NCBI GenBank assembly: GCA_963675595.2
Contig: CAXXLZ010000002.1
Span: 800,001-864,000 of the forward strand
Length of the DNA stretch: 64,000 nucleotides
Source of the DNA: Thermodesulfobacteriota bacterium
GTDB taxonomy: Bacteria > Desulfobacterota > Desulfarculia > JACQYL01
Direction of reading: 5' to 3'
Part shown: piece by piece, positions 10,327 to 23,704 of the stretch
Layout of the letters: each line of letters starts with the position of its first letter
Numbering within the stretch: position 1 is the first letter of the stretch
The notes under the pieces: generated by a model
The model's input: the letters and a program-made list of their open reading frames with translations, nothing else
Database searches by the model: none
What the model was told of the DNA's origin: nothing
Program-made: the position numbers and the translations under genes

Positions 10327-11009
10327 GTGGCCGGTCTTTGTTTGCTTTTCGCCTGCTGCCCTTCAATCAATGCCGCAACCTTTATTGTGAACAATAGTAC
10401 GAACGTCGTCAATGCCTCAGGCGCTGAAAAAAGTGACGGCGCCTGCGTGGACCGGTCGGGACGATGCACGTTGCGAGACGCCATCGAACAGGCCGACACA
10501 ACATCCGGTGCGGACACCATCACCTTCCCCTCCATGATGAACATCTGCCTAACGAGAGTGCCTCCCGACAATTCCGATATTCCCGCCATTGACGCGAGAT
10601 GCGTTTGGGATTCGATCGGCAACCTGATTCGGGCCACCACCTCGGAAGATAACGGACTAAAAGGAATCGAGCTTTCCAACGGCGGAAATGCGGAATTATC
10701 GGCCCCGATGATCACGGATGTCTCCGGCACGCCGGTATCGGGTACGGCCGAAGGGGGCGTTCACACGGTGTGGTTTTTTTCGTCGGGAAAAACGGAGTCC
10801 GGACCTATCACGGCATGTATTCGGTGGACTCGGGAAGGGGGCGACGGGTTTACTCGAGGACCGTCACCGGACCTCTTGTTACGGCCCTCGCAACGGATTC
10901 CTGCGACAACATATCCAAGTCCGCCGCGCCCGCGAGCGCGGACGACGACAGGGTCCCGCTCTCCATTCCGGCCCTTACCACTGCGGCAAAGAAAGAACCG
11001 AATCCTTAG
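10327..11009 (+). pseudogene. Decayed CSLREA-domain / beta-helix surface protein
   Basis: FIVNNSTN..DGAC..GRCTLRDAIEQA..GADTITF, then GN..DNGLKGIELSNGGN..APMIT, then frame change to VTALATD..NISKS; RBS GGAGAGG is followed by an in-frame TAA at 10291 instead of a start codon. Confidence 0.7.
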
Positions 11010-11066
11010 CCCTTACGGACGGTACTTGGGACGATCCTTATCCGGCTGCCGATTCTCCGGCGCCCG

Positions 11067-12041
11067 TTATTCCGCGTCCTCCGGAGAATAGATTTCGGCA
11101 AAAGACTTCTCCGAAATCTCGTAAACGTGCCCGCCCGGAGTCGTAACCCTGGCGCCCCTCCCCTTTTCGGGAGGGGTCAATAAGTATTGCAGGACCTCAC
11201 CATTATCCAGAGTAATCCGGATACCATGAGTGGGTCCCCCATCTCCGTTACCGTCCGTCTGCGAAGGTTCAAGAATGCGCAGAGCACGTAGCCTCTCCAA
11301 ATTCATGACCACTGTTTCCACATCGGCCTCCGCCGCCGGCTCGGTTCCTCCGGACTTCCAAACCCAGGACGAAGGTCGCGATCCTCCTTTTTCGTCGGAC
11401 GCAGTCTTCTCCAGGACCATGGATTCCTTAGGTTGCACAAGTTCCACCCGAGCCCAGGAATCCCGATCAGGATGGACCAAGTCAAGATCCACCCACGATG
11501 TGGGTTCCGGGGTCTTAATTGCCCCGCCGTAAAAACCAAACGGAACCAGCAGATTCTGATCCGCAAGGAATACTTGGGTATGGCCTTTGAATCGAACGAA
11601 ACACCCCACGCCCTCGGGCGCCTTCTTCCCAACCAGCAGGGTATCGACTTTTTGGCTCCGCTCTCCCCTCCGGACCTCCACCACCAGCGCCTTGCCTTCT
11701 TCGAGCCGGAACGTGGGAAACAGGTCTCTCTGCTCGGCTCTCAGGTCTCCTTTCATTTCCGCGAGTGAGTTTAAGAAGAACCGTACTTTGGCGCCGTCCG
11801 CCGGAGCCCCGAAGTAGGAGGCGATGTTCCACGAGTCCCCTTCTTTCCGCAGAACCAGCTTTCCCGCCTCGGACCCCAAATAGGCGCGGATTTCCCGGAC
11901 CTGATCAGGCTCCAGTTCCCGCCATAAGGTCTGTCTCGCAGCCACCGGCTCCAATGAATGGTAGGCGTCCTGCCGAAACCAGTAGAAGGCCACCAGGAAC
12001 AACAGCAACAGCGCCGACAGGATCAGGTGCCGGTTCGACAT
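11067..12041 (-). CDS. DUF4340 domain protein (partner of Gld-like ABC system)
   Basis: N-terminal membrane anchor, two LxKxxxxW...AD repeats, TLLVGK..FVR motif; downstream of GldF/G. Confidence 0.8.
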   Translation of the reverse strand: MSNRHLILSALLLLFLVAFYWFRQDAYHSLEPVAARQTLWRELEPDQVREIRAYLGSEAGKLVLRKEGDSWNIASYFGAPADGAKVRFFLNSLAEMKGDLRAEQRDLFPTFRLEEGKALVVEVRRGERSQKVDTLLVGKKAPEGVGCFVRFKGHTQVFLADQNLLVPFGFYGGAIKTPEPTSWVDLDLVHPDRDSWARVELVQPKESMVLEKTASDEKGGSRPSSWVWKSGGTEPAAEADVETVVMNLERLRALRILEPSQTDGNGDGGPTHGIRITLDNGEVLQYLLTPPEKGRGARVTTPGGHVYEISEKSFAEIYSPEDAE

Positions 12042-12249
12042 TTACTACTCCTTGTGCTGAGGTGCTTGTCGGCCGCATCGGCGCCGATCCATTTCGACCT
12101 GGACACGGGAAGCATGGTCTCGGATTCGTTCCCAACTCCGGAAGCCGGTAGAGAGAACCCGTACCGCTCTCCGCCCTTCCGGCACCGCTCCACGGACTCA
12201 TGCCTGAAAGGGTCCCGCCGGCGCCCGTTCCTCCTCATGGCCGGAACCA

Positions 12250-14724
12250 TCAGGTAGCCGAAGAAAACCGCCGCTCGTAGATTTCGCGACGCCTTCGCCG
12301 AATCCCGTAACGGAACACCCCGATCGCCGCCAGGACGAGGGGAACCAAGGCCATAACCAAGAACCTGTAGAAAAGCTTCTCCCCTGTACTCGTCGGACTG
12401 AGGAACCTGATGGTCCGGGTCTTGGTCCGGATTCCCACCAGATTGACATCCAAGCTCAGTGCATCCACCATATTCTGGAAGAAAAGCGCGTTGTCCAACG
12501 CGCCCAATGCATTATCCGCAAACATCTGGGAGCAGCCCACCACAATGAGACGTCCGGGGCTTTGCTTCGCGGGAGGCGCTTTTTCGTTCCGAGGCTCGCC
12601 CTCCGGTCGCTCTGCCGAGTCTTGGGATTCTTCGGGCCAAAACGGTATGTCACGCCCGGTGAACGTGTCGGGGAAGGAGCCCTCGATGAGCAGCGCAACG
12701 CTCCGCGGGCTTCTCTCGCTCTCCGGAGGGGGCTGGAGAGCATTGCGCGTCAGTGGTTCCTCCGAAAACGGAACGGTCCAGGAGGACGGGCTGGACCGAG
12801 CCAGGACGGTCGTCTTCAGTTCGTTCTTCTCCAACGCCTGTGCGTCCGTTATCAACGGACTCCCCCACAGATACAGCAACCCGCCGATGCGATTGGTAAT
12901 GCTTACCTCGGAGTTCAAATTCCGATCCGGCACCCGAATTTGGATGGGAAGCTTCACCGGCGTCGACACCATGGCGTTGAACAACCCGCCGATGCGCTGG
13001 GGGAACTGTACGTTTAGTATTTCCATTTCGGTATCCATCAGGATATCGCCGTCGACGCGAATCCCATAGGGTTCGATCAGCCGATCCACCGAGCCGGGCA
13101 AGCGAAGGGGTGCCACCTGCAAGCCGCCGGCGCGTGAAGGCATATAATTGAAGGCATTGGCCTGAGCGATTACGAGAACGTTCCCTCCTTCCGAAAGAAA
13201 TCTCTGAATCTCGTAAATCTGTCTTTCATTCAACGCTTCGGGCTGCATGATCAGAAGAGTCACCGTGCCTTCGGGCAACGGTTCCTCACGTGACAGAGCA
13301 ATCCTTGCGACCCGATATCCCTCTCGTTGCAGAAGCTGCATACATCCCCTGAAGTGGTCTTGGGGGGTAGGAGGTGTTTGACCCATTTTGAGCAGCATTT
13401 CACGGAAGGCGGGATCGGAGTACCGAGGATCGGCCCCCTCGATGGGCGCCACCATGGCGATCACCGGGGGCGACTCCGATGTCATCCTATGAATTCCGGA
13501 AATCAGCTCATACTCGAGATTCCCCAGAGTTTGAGGGACGACCTGGGGAATCACTTCCGTTTTCTTGTCCAGGTAGGTGATCGCTATGGATGAATAAACC
13601 CGCTTGATGTCCAGTGAATCCTGCTCGATGCTTTGAGCCTGGAAGGGGACGATTCCCTTCTTTCCCAGCTCTTCAAGCTTCTCCGGGTCGGCGAGAGGAT
13701 TGTACACGTGATACTTGAAATTGGGCGACAATCGGGCATAGTCCGACAGCTTGTCCTCCACTTCCCTCCTTATGTCCTTCAGAATACTGGGCAACTTGTC
13801 CCGTTCGGACACATAGTAGTCCACCGTCACCGGCGCCCGGAGCCGAGATAGGACTTCCCGAGCCGCCGGCGAGATCATGTGCACCCGGTCCTCCGTCAGG
13901 TCCAGTCGTCCGAGCCGTTCATCACTGGCCCACAGATTCAACACAAAGCCCAGACACACGAGAATCACGGTGGCCACATAGAATCTTCCGGGGGATCGAA
14001 GTTTGATTCGAGTGTCCAAGGTAAAGCTGTTCAGGAGGAGAAAAACGACCGTGAACCCTACGAAGAAAATCACGTCCGAGATATTGATCAGCCCTCTCTC
14101 GAAGCCTGCGAAGTGGTACAGAGCGCCGAATCCTTTCCGAAGCGCCTGCCCCAGTCCACCGACCCACCCGTCGAGAAAAGCCGCCACGAAATCCGTTCCC
14201 AGCAACGATGAAGTGAAACAAACCAATATCCCCAAAATGAAGGCCAGAATTTGGTCCTTGAACAATGCGGAGACGAACATACCGATGGATAAGAAGAAAC
14301 ATCCCGTGAGAGCGGCTCCCACATATCCCGTGATGATCGGCCCCCAGTCGGGTTCTCCAAGAAGGCCGAGCGTCAGCGGAATCATGCCGGTACTGGCCAG
14401 CACGATAAGATAAAAGGCCAAAACCGCCAGGAATTTTCCCAGCACAAGTGTGTGACTCTTCATCGGAAAGCTGAGCAACAGACTGATTGTCCCCAGCTTG
14501 CGCTCTTCGGCCCACAGCCGCATGGTCAGGGCGGGCACGAAAACCGCCAGAAACACCGGCAATAGGTCGAAGTAATTCCTCATCGTGGCCCGGCCCAAAA
14601 GAAAAAAGGTGGACATGTAAAGGCCCGATGTGATGAGGAGAAAGACAATGATGAAAACGTACGCGACGGGCGAGTTGAAGTAGGCTGCAAATTCTCGTCT
14701 GAAGATCGTTCCCGGGGATTTCAT
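12250..14724 (-). CDS. GldF-GldG-like fused ABC permease / auxiliary periplasmic protein
   Basis: IFRREFAAYFNSPVAYV, PALTMRLWAEERKLGT (GldF); RLDLTEDRVHMIS, LEYEL, NALFFQNMVD (GldG). Confidence 0.9.
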   Translation of the reverse strand: MKSPGTIFRREFAAYFNSPVAYVFIIVFLLITSGLYMSTFFLLGRATMRNYFDLLPVFLAVFVPALTMRLWAEERKLGTISLLLSFPMKSHTLVLGKFLAVLAFYLIVLASTGMIPLTLGLLGEPDWGPIITGYVGAALTGCFFLSIGMFVSALFKDQILAFILGILVCFTSSLLGTDFVAAFLDGWVGGLGQALRKGFGALYHFAGFERGLINISDVIFFVGFTVVFLLLNSFTLDTRIKLRSPGRFYVATVILVCLGFVLNLWASDERLGRLDLTEDRVHMISPAAREVLSRLRAPVTVDYYVSERDKLPSILKDIRREVEDKLSDYARLSPNFKYHVYNPLADPEKLEELGKKGIVPFQAQSIEQDSLDIKRVYSSIAITYLDKKTEVIPQVVPQTLGNLEYELISGIHRMTSESPPVIAMVAPIEGADPRYSDPAFREMLLKMGQTPPTPQDHFRGCMQLLQREGYRVARIALSREEPLPEGTVTLLIMQPEALNERQIYEIQRFLSEGGNVLVIAQANAFNYMPSRAGGLQVAPLRLPGSVDRLIEPYGIRVDGDILMDTEMEILNVQFPQRIGGLFNAMVSTPVKLPIQIRVPDRNLNSEVSITNRIGGLLYLWGSPLITDAQALEKNELKTTVLARSSPSSWTVPFSEEPLTRNALQPPPESERSPRSVALLIEGSFPDTFTGRDIPFWPEESQDSAERPEGEPRNEKAPPAKQSPGRLIVVGCSQMFADNALGALDNALFFQNMVDALSLDVNLVGIRTKTRTIRFLSPTSTGEKLFYRFLVMALVPLVLAAIGVFRYGIRRRRREIYERRFSSAT

Positions 14725-14776
14725 GAAAATCCGCTCCCTTGATTCGGAAACCGGCTTATAGAAACGATATCTTAGG

Positions 14777-15742
14777 TCAAACGGTAGTGCTCGACTCGGA
14801 TTCGAGTCTCGACGCACGAGTCAGCTGAATGAATGCTTCTTCGAGGCTCGGTCTTTCTTCTCTGAGCTCTTTGACCAGCCAACCGTTGGCTCGAATCGTC
14901 TCGGCCAGTTCCCGCCAAGGGTCCGTCCCGAGCCTGGATACCACCCGAAAGGCAGCCGATTCGCCCTCCCGCTCATCCACCAAATCAACCGACAGGACAC
15001 CGGAAACACTCTCCAGGGTTTCACGAACACGCGGAGATGCATCCGAGAGAATCAGCAAACGGCCGACTTCGTCGCGGACGGATTCTTTGAGGGATTCCTG
15101 CGTACCGTCGGCGATGATTCCGCCGTCGTTGATGATGATGACTCGGTCGCTCACGGCCTCGATCTCCTGCAGAATGTGAGTACTGACGACGATGGTCTTT
15201 TCCGAAGCCAAGTCGCGAATGAGTTCGCGGATGCCGATAATCTGCAGGGGGTCCAGTCCCGAGGTGGGTTCGTCCAAGACCAGGACCGCCGGGTCATGGA
15301 TCAGGGCCTGAGCCAAGCCGACCCGCTGACGAAATCCTTTGGATAGTTGAGAGATCACTTTCCTCAGCACGGTGCGGATACCGCACGTGTCAACGACCCA
15401 GTCCAGTCGTTTGCAGAGCTTCGACCCGATCAACTCCCTTCCTTTGGCGACGAAATCAAGATATTCCTCGACTTCCATATCGGCATACAAGGGTACGTTT
15501 TCGGGCAGATATCCCGTTACTCGACGAACCTCCATGGGCTGTTCCAGGATATCGTATCCCGCGACCGCAACACTCCCCGAAGTCGGTACGATCTGGGTGG
15601 TCAGAATCTTCATGATTGTGGACTTACCGGCCCCGTTGGGACCCAGGAGACCAAGGACCTCTCCCTTATCCACTCGAAAGCTCACGTTCTCAACGGCTCG
15701 CGTGGAACCGTAGTACATTGTCAGCTCTTTGACTTCAATCAT
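14777..15742 (-). CDS. GldA-like ABC transporter ATP-binding protein
   Basis: Walker A GPNGAGKST, LSKGFRQRVGLAQA, LDEPTSGLDP, STHIL. Confidence 0.93.
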   Translation of the reverse strand: MIEVKELTMYYGSTRAVENVSFRVDKGEVLGLLGPNGAGKSTIMKILTTQIVPTSGSVAVAGYDILEQPMEVRRVTGYLPENVPLYADMEVEEYLDFVAKGRELIGSKLCKRLDWVVDTCGIRTVLRKVISQLSKGFRQRVGLAQALIHDPAVLVLDEPTSGLDPLQIIGIRELIRDLASEKTIVVSTHILQEIEAVSDRVIIINDGGIIADGTQESLKESVRDEVGRLLILSDASPRVRETLESVSGVLSVDLVDEREGESAAFRVVSRLGTDPWRELAETIRANGWLVKELREERPSLEEAFIQLTRASRLESESSTTV

Positions 15743-16100
15743 CTCATCTCCTCCCTGCGTGGGAAGCAGGGTTCCCATAGTATGAAAGGAGAAATCGACA
15801 TCGATGCAGGTGGTATGGACCTAAAGGAAAGCAAAAGATAGAGAAGGAAAGACGAGGGTGTCAAGGAGTTCATGGTGCGGCAACGGATACCGTAACACCG
15901 CCGATGCACCCATGAATTTGGCGATGCCGGAACAGCACCCCGTTAAGTCGTCCCGTCGCGAATTCTTGACTGGCTGCTTCAACTGTACTATTCCCGATGA
16001 AAGATGTACACCCAAACACGTTATCGCGGATTCATGCCGAAAACCTCGCAGCGTTATTCCGCGACGCCCAAATTCGACACCCTCAGCGTGGAAACCCTGC

Positions 16101-19154
<3,054 letters not shown>

Positions 19155-19268
19155 CCGGTTCACGGAATGCTTACAGCCTCAACCCCCGTCGGTCGCCCTT
19201 TTGTGACGTTTCCTTCGGTAAGGAGAACGACGGCGTCGCCTTCCCTACCGAAAGGATCCAAGCATCAT

Positions 19269-20336
19269 CTATTTTAGGGATATCCCACGTTCCTGAGCCA
19301 AACGCATGTAAGTTTCCGACCCCCGGGCGGGCGGTACCCTCAAGTCGTCGTCGGACTTCCGCACCAACGTTAGGGCTTCGGTCGGACAAGTGGTTACGCA
19401 AAGACCGCATCCAATGCATCGATCAGGATTCACTTCGGCCGAATCCTCCGTCATGGTAATCGCGTCCATCTGACAGCGTTCGACACACGTCTCGCAGGCA
19501 ACACACTTCTCTGCGTCCACCTGAGCGGAATAATTGCACACCGTAACCTCAACCGGCCTCGGATGGAGTTTCAAGGCCCGAAGAATGGCGCAGCAATCCC
19601 CGCAACAATTGCACATGCCTCCTGGATTCTGGGCGTTGAACGGCTGGGTCACCAATCCCGCCTTGTCGCATTCGTCCAGAATGGAAAAGGCTTCATCGTG
19701 AGTCACGTACCGGCCCATCCCCCTTTCAACATAGTATTGGGCATGGGATCCGAACATGAAACAGACTTCCAGGGGCTTTTCGCAGTTATTGCCCACTTTG
19801 TGCTGCTGGACGCGGCAGATGCACGGTGCCACGGCCACAGGGTCTTTGCTCCGGATGATATCCCGTGCATCGTCATAGGAAGCGACGCGCCAAGCAACAT
19901 CGATTGAGCGGTTCACGGGTATGGGTCTCATCAGAGCGGTAAGTCCCGCAGTGCGCGGATTGAGCGCTTCGTTGAAATACTGTTCGCAGAGGTCGGCCAG
20001 TTCCTTGTCCATGTCTTTCACCTGAAACTCATAGACCCCCACCACGAAAGGCACTGCGGCATACAGGGCTTGTTCGTTCTTGCGCATCCTGAACAGCAGT
20101 CCGCGATCCGCCATTTGATCCAACAAGCGAGCGGTTTCATCGGGGTTGCGGCCCGTTCTGGCGGCCACGGATTCCGGGGCTTCCACCGTCTGCGACATGT
20201 CGAGGAACATCTCCGCCTCTTCTTCGGTGAAGAGTCGCTTCAATATCTCGATTTCAACTCCTGATTTCGTTTCGGGAAATCCCACCGAAAACTGGTCGAG
20301 ACGTTCCCTCAGCTTGCCGTAAACACTTTCACTCAT
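19269..20336 (-). CDS. 4Fe-4S dicluster-binding protein
   Basis: CICR, CNCCGDCC, CVACETCVERC, CIGCGLCVTTC. Confidence 0.88.
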   Translation of the reverse strand: MSESVYGKLRERLDQFSVGFPETKSGVEIEILKRLFTEEEAEMFLDMSQTVEAPESVAARTGRNPDETARLLDQMADRGLLFRMRKNEQALYAAVPFVVGVYEFQVKDMDKELADLCEQYFNEALNPRTAGLTALMRPIPVNRSIDVAWRVASYDDARDIIRSKDPVAVAPCICRVQQHKVGNNCEKPLEVCFMFGSHAQYYVERGMGRYVTHDEAFSILDECDKAGLVTQPFNAQNPGGMCNCCGDCCAILRALKLHPRPVEVTVCNYSAQVDAEKCVACETCVERCQMDAITMTEDSAEVNPDRCIGCGLCVTTCPTEALTLVRKSDDDLRVPPARGSETYMRLAQERGISLK

Positions 20337-20563
20337 TCTTCACCCCTCGTAGTTTGGTCCTCCAGCCACCGATTCCGGATGCTTCCCCCGGACACTCCTT
20401 CCACTTTCCGTTCTTGTCTCGGAAATCTTGTGGAGCCCATTCGTGTAGGGACCTCCACAAGCCCGCCATGTTCTTCCGAACGGGGCCATCGGCCTCCGGC
20501 CGATGACCCGTGAAAAGACCCCGCAAAACCCGCCGGGCCCGGTCGCAGGATTTCCGTCTCCGT

Positions 20564-21772
20564 TTATTGTTTAAGACGCTTGATCACTTCGTTCACGTCA
20601 ATATCCGAAGTCATCCAATCGGAAAGCTTTTCCGCGGTTCCGTCTTCCTTTACCCGTGCAACGAACACCGAACGCGTCCCTTGTCGAACGCCTGGAGCGA
20701 AACTGATGGTCCCACCGATTCCTTGAAAGTCTTTCAGGCTCTCCATGGAATCGATGAAGGAATCCACCGTCAGGTCACGCCCCGCTCGCTTGAGCGCCTC
20801 CACCATGGGCTCTGCGAAGAGAAATCCCGCATAGAAGAACACGCCCCACGTTTCGTTGGGCGCGTACTTTTCTTGTGCCGCATGGTATTTCTGCATCAAC
20901 GGCTGGTCCGAGTCGGGCAGGAGCACAAAGTTGGTGAACACCACTCCGGACCACAACCCTTTGGTAATCTTGTTCATCAGAGGGTAGTCGCTCAGCGTGC
21001 TGGAAGTCATCCACAACGGATCGAACCCCAGCTTCACGGCCGTTCCCTTCATGATGGCTCCGTGCTTGGGAAGCACCCACATGATCACACAGTCCGCTCC
21101 GGACTCCTTGAGTTTCAGGCAGTGGGTAGTCAAATCCGTATCCATGACTTCGGCGGATACTTTGGCCGCCAATTCCATACCCAGTTTCTCGAGAGCCACT
21201 TCGGCGCCGTAGAGACCCACCTTGCCGTAGTCATCGTTCTGATAGAAAAAGGCGATCTTCTTCTTGCCTAATTCCTTGACGGCGAAATTCACCAAAACAG
21301 CCGCTTCATCACAGTAGAGGGGGTACAATCCGAATACGTACTTATTGGGCGGATATGCCCAGTGAGTGGACCCGGCGGTCGGACCGACCCACGGAACACC
21401 GTTCTCGATCAAGTAGTCCTTCACCGCCATTCCCGGCGCCGTGCCCACCCCGCCGACGAATCCGAATACATTTTCGTTCTCTACCAGCTCTTTGGCCACA
21501 GCCTTGGTCTTGGCGGGCTGATACCCGTCATCGCGCAAAAAGTACTTGATCCGTCTCCCGTTGATTCCGCCTTCGTCGTTCAGCATTTTGAAATAGCAGT
21601 CCGTCCCTCGTGCCACGGCGCCCCAAAGGGCGGCCGGACCCGTTTGGGGACCCCATTGTCCGATGATGATCTCGGTGTCCGTCACCCCCCGCTCGGCGGC
21701 GGCCGGAAACGCCGAAAGGAAGAACAATCCCAGGACAGTAACCACCACAAGCGCCTTCCATCCCCTGATCAT
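20564..21772 (-). CDS. Liv-type (branched-chain amino acid family) ABC substrate-binding protein
   Basis: Signal peptide, GVTDTEIIIG, NDEGGINGRRI, DDGYQP, QNDDYG. Confidence 0.9.
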   Translation of the reverse strand: MIRGWKALVVVTVLGLFFLSAFPAAAERGVTDTEIIIGQWGPQTGPAALWGAVARGTDCYFKMLNDEGGINGRRIKYFLRDDGYQPAKTKAVAKELVENENVFGFVGGVGTAPGMAVKDYLIENGVPWVGPTAGSTHWAYPPNKYVFGLYPLYCDEAAVLVNFAVKELGKKKIAFFYQNDDYGKVGLYGAEVALEKLGMELAAKVSAEVMDTDLTTHCLKLKESGADCVIMWVLPKHGAIMKGTAVKLGFDPLWMTSSTLSDYPLMNKITKGLWSGVVFTNFVLLPDSDQPLMQKYHAAQEKYAPNETWGVFFYAGFLFAEPMVEALKRAGRDLTVDSFIDSMESLKDFQGIGGTISFAPGVRQGTRSVFVARVKEDGTAEKLSDWMTSDIDVNEVIKRLKQ

Positions 21773-21868
21773 ACCTACCTCCTCGTTTCAATGGTTCCTT
21801 ATCGCTGTTCCGCCTGCGCGTCGAGGCGGATCGCCGGCATCGGAGGAGCAACTCGATTCTACGGATAC

Positions 21869-23686
21869 TCATCCGTACATCGAATCGATCAAATCTTTGA
21901 AGGCATCATTGATGTACTTCCTTTTGACCTTCATGGTCGGAGTCACCTCACCGTCCTCTTCGTACAGCTTCTTGGGCAGAATAACAAACTTCTTCACCTG
22001 TTCCACTCGGGAAAGATTTCGATTTACTCCGTCGATTTCCTCCTGGATCAACGCCCGAATTTGTCCGTCGGCGGCCAAGTCCTTATAAGTGGAGAAGGGT
22101 ATTTTTCGATCTTGAGCGTATTTGACCACGTTTTCCTCGTCAATGACGATGATGGCGGAGATGAACTTCCGCTTGTCTCCGATCACCACGGCGTCGTTGA
22201 CATACGGAGAAAACTTGAGCTGGTTTTCGATATACTGAGGGGCGATGTTTTTCCCGCCGGCCGTAACGATGAGGTCTTTCTTCCGGTCCGTGATGTAAAG
22301 GAAGCCGTCTTCATCCAGTCGTCCCACATCGCCCGAGTGGAGCCAGCCATCCCGCAAGACCTCTTCCGATGCTTCGGGATTCTTGAAATAGCCTTTGAAC
22401 ACGGCCGGGGATTTCACCAGAATTTCGCCGTCGCCCGCAATACGCACCTCAAATCCCGGAACCGGAGGTCCCACGGATCCGATGCGCACCCCGCCCGGCC
22501 GGCTCATACAGGTCACCCCCGTGCCTTCCGTCTGTCCGTAACCTTCTACGAGATTCAGACCCATCGCTTGAAAAAACAGCAGCACGTTGGGCGAAATCGG
22601 AGCGGCTCCGGAGTAGGCCACCCGAACGCGCTCGAAGCCCAGCCGTTCTTTCAGCTTGTTGAATACGACCCACCGGCACAACACGTACAAGCCGGAGATC
22701 CACCAAGGGACGGGTTGAAGATCCATGACAAGTTCGGCCCGCTTCCTTCCGATCTTCAAAGCGGTGAAAAACACGAGTCTCTTGAAAAACGTGGCATCCG
22801 ACATACGGATCATGACGGCGGAATAGTATTTTTCCCATATTCTGGGGACGGCATATGCCACGGTGGGGGACACCTCTTTCATGTTGTCGGTCACCGTGTC
22901 CACGTTCTCGATGAAATTTACCGTGTACCCCACCCTGAGATGAATGAAAACGGAGAACAACCGCTCGAAGATGTGACACAAAGGCAGAAAACTCAGGACC
23001 TCGTCCGTCTCGTAAATCGGGTTGTCCGCAATAATGGCCGAAGATTCCCAAGTGACGTTTCCATGGCTCAGCATGGCCCCTTTGGGAGGTCCCGTGGTAC
23101 CCGAGGTGTAGATCAACACGGAGAGGTCGTCCGGAGTCACCGAATCCATACGTTCCAGAAACCGGTCGTTCCATTGCGGTTCCCGCTCGCGCCCCATCTC
23201 CAGGAGTTCCTCCAGGGACAGAACCATGGGGTCCCGGAAATGCCGCAATCCCTCCAAATCCCAGACGATGACCTTGATCAGACTTGGTGCCCTGTCGCGA
23301 AACTCGAGCCACTTGTCCAACTGCTCTTCGTTTTCCACGAAATAGAACTTGGAATCGGAATTGTTGATCACATATTCTGACTGCGCCGGAGCGCTGGTGG
23401 CGTAGATACCCACGGCCACGCCCCCGGCGCACTGGATCCCCAGGTCCACAAAAACCCACTCCGGGCAGTTGTCCCCTGCGATGGAAACACGATCGCCATG
23501 ATTCAGCCCGAGGCTCAGGAGAGCCACGGCCACCAGTCGTGCCCGCTCATAATACTCCTCCCAGGAGATATCGTGCCACAGGCCGTACTTCTTGTACCGC
23601 ACGGCGACCCGGTTTCCTAAGCGATCCACCGCCGCACGGAACAAGCCGGGCACGGTTTCGACCATCGGGAGTTTCCTATCATGCAT
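21869..23686 (-). CDS. Long-chain fatty acid-CoA ligase (AMP-dependent synthetase)
   Basis: YTSGTTGPPKG, FLPLCHIFER, EGYGQTE, GWLHSGD, ITDRKKD, TPTMKVKR. Confidence 0.93.
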   Translation of the reverse strand: MHDRKLPMVETVPGLFRAAVDRLGNRVAVRYKKYGLWHDISWEEYYERARLVAVALLSLGLNHGDRVSIAGDNCPEWVFVDLGIQCAGGVAVGIYATSAPAQSEYVINNSDSKFYFVENEEQLDKWLEFRDRAPSLIKVIVWDLEGLRHFRDPMVLSLEELLEMGREREPQWNDRFLERMDSVTPDDLSVLIYTSGTTGPPKGAMLSHGNVTWESSAIIADNPIYETDEVLSFLPLCHIFERLFSVFIHLRVGYTVNFIENVDTVTDNMKEVSPTVAYAVPRIWEKYYSAVMIRMSDATFFKRLVFFTALKIGRKRAELVMDLQPVPWWISGLYVLCRWVVFNKLKERLGFERVRVAYSGAAPISPNVLLFFQAMGLNLVEGYGQTEGTGVTCMSRPGGVRIGSVGPPVPGFEVRIAGDGEILVKSPAVFKGYFKNPEASEEVLRDGWLHSGDVGRLDEDGFLYITDRKKDLIVTAGGKNIAPQYIENQLKFSPYVNDAVVIGDKRKFISAIIVIDEENVVKYAQDRKIPFSTYKDLAADGQIRALIQEEIDGVNRNLSRVEQVKKFVILPKKLYEEDGEVTPTMKVKRKYINDAFKDLIDSMYG

Positions 23687-23704
23687 GACCAAGCCCGGTT
23701 CTCG

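Noticed and set aside
12023-12250. 75-aa ORF between the GldF/G and DUF4340 genes
   Set aside because: No recognisable motif and Arg/Ser-rich composition typical of spurious ORFs
15858-16100. Cys-rich N-terminal extension of the hybrid kinase ORF
   Set aside because: Looks non-coding; ATG at 16101 directly precedes TM1
21362-23380. 672-aa plus-strand ORF
   Set aside because: Antisense shadow of the acyl-CoA ligase and binding-protein genes; no motifs
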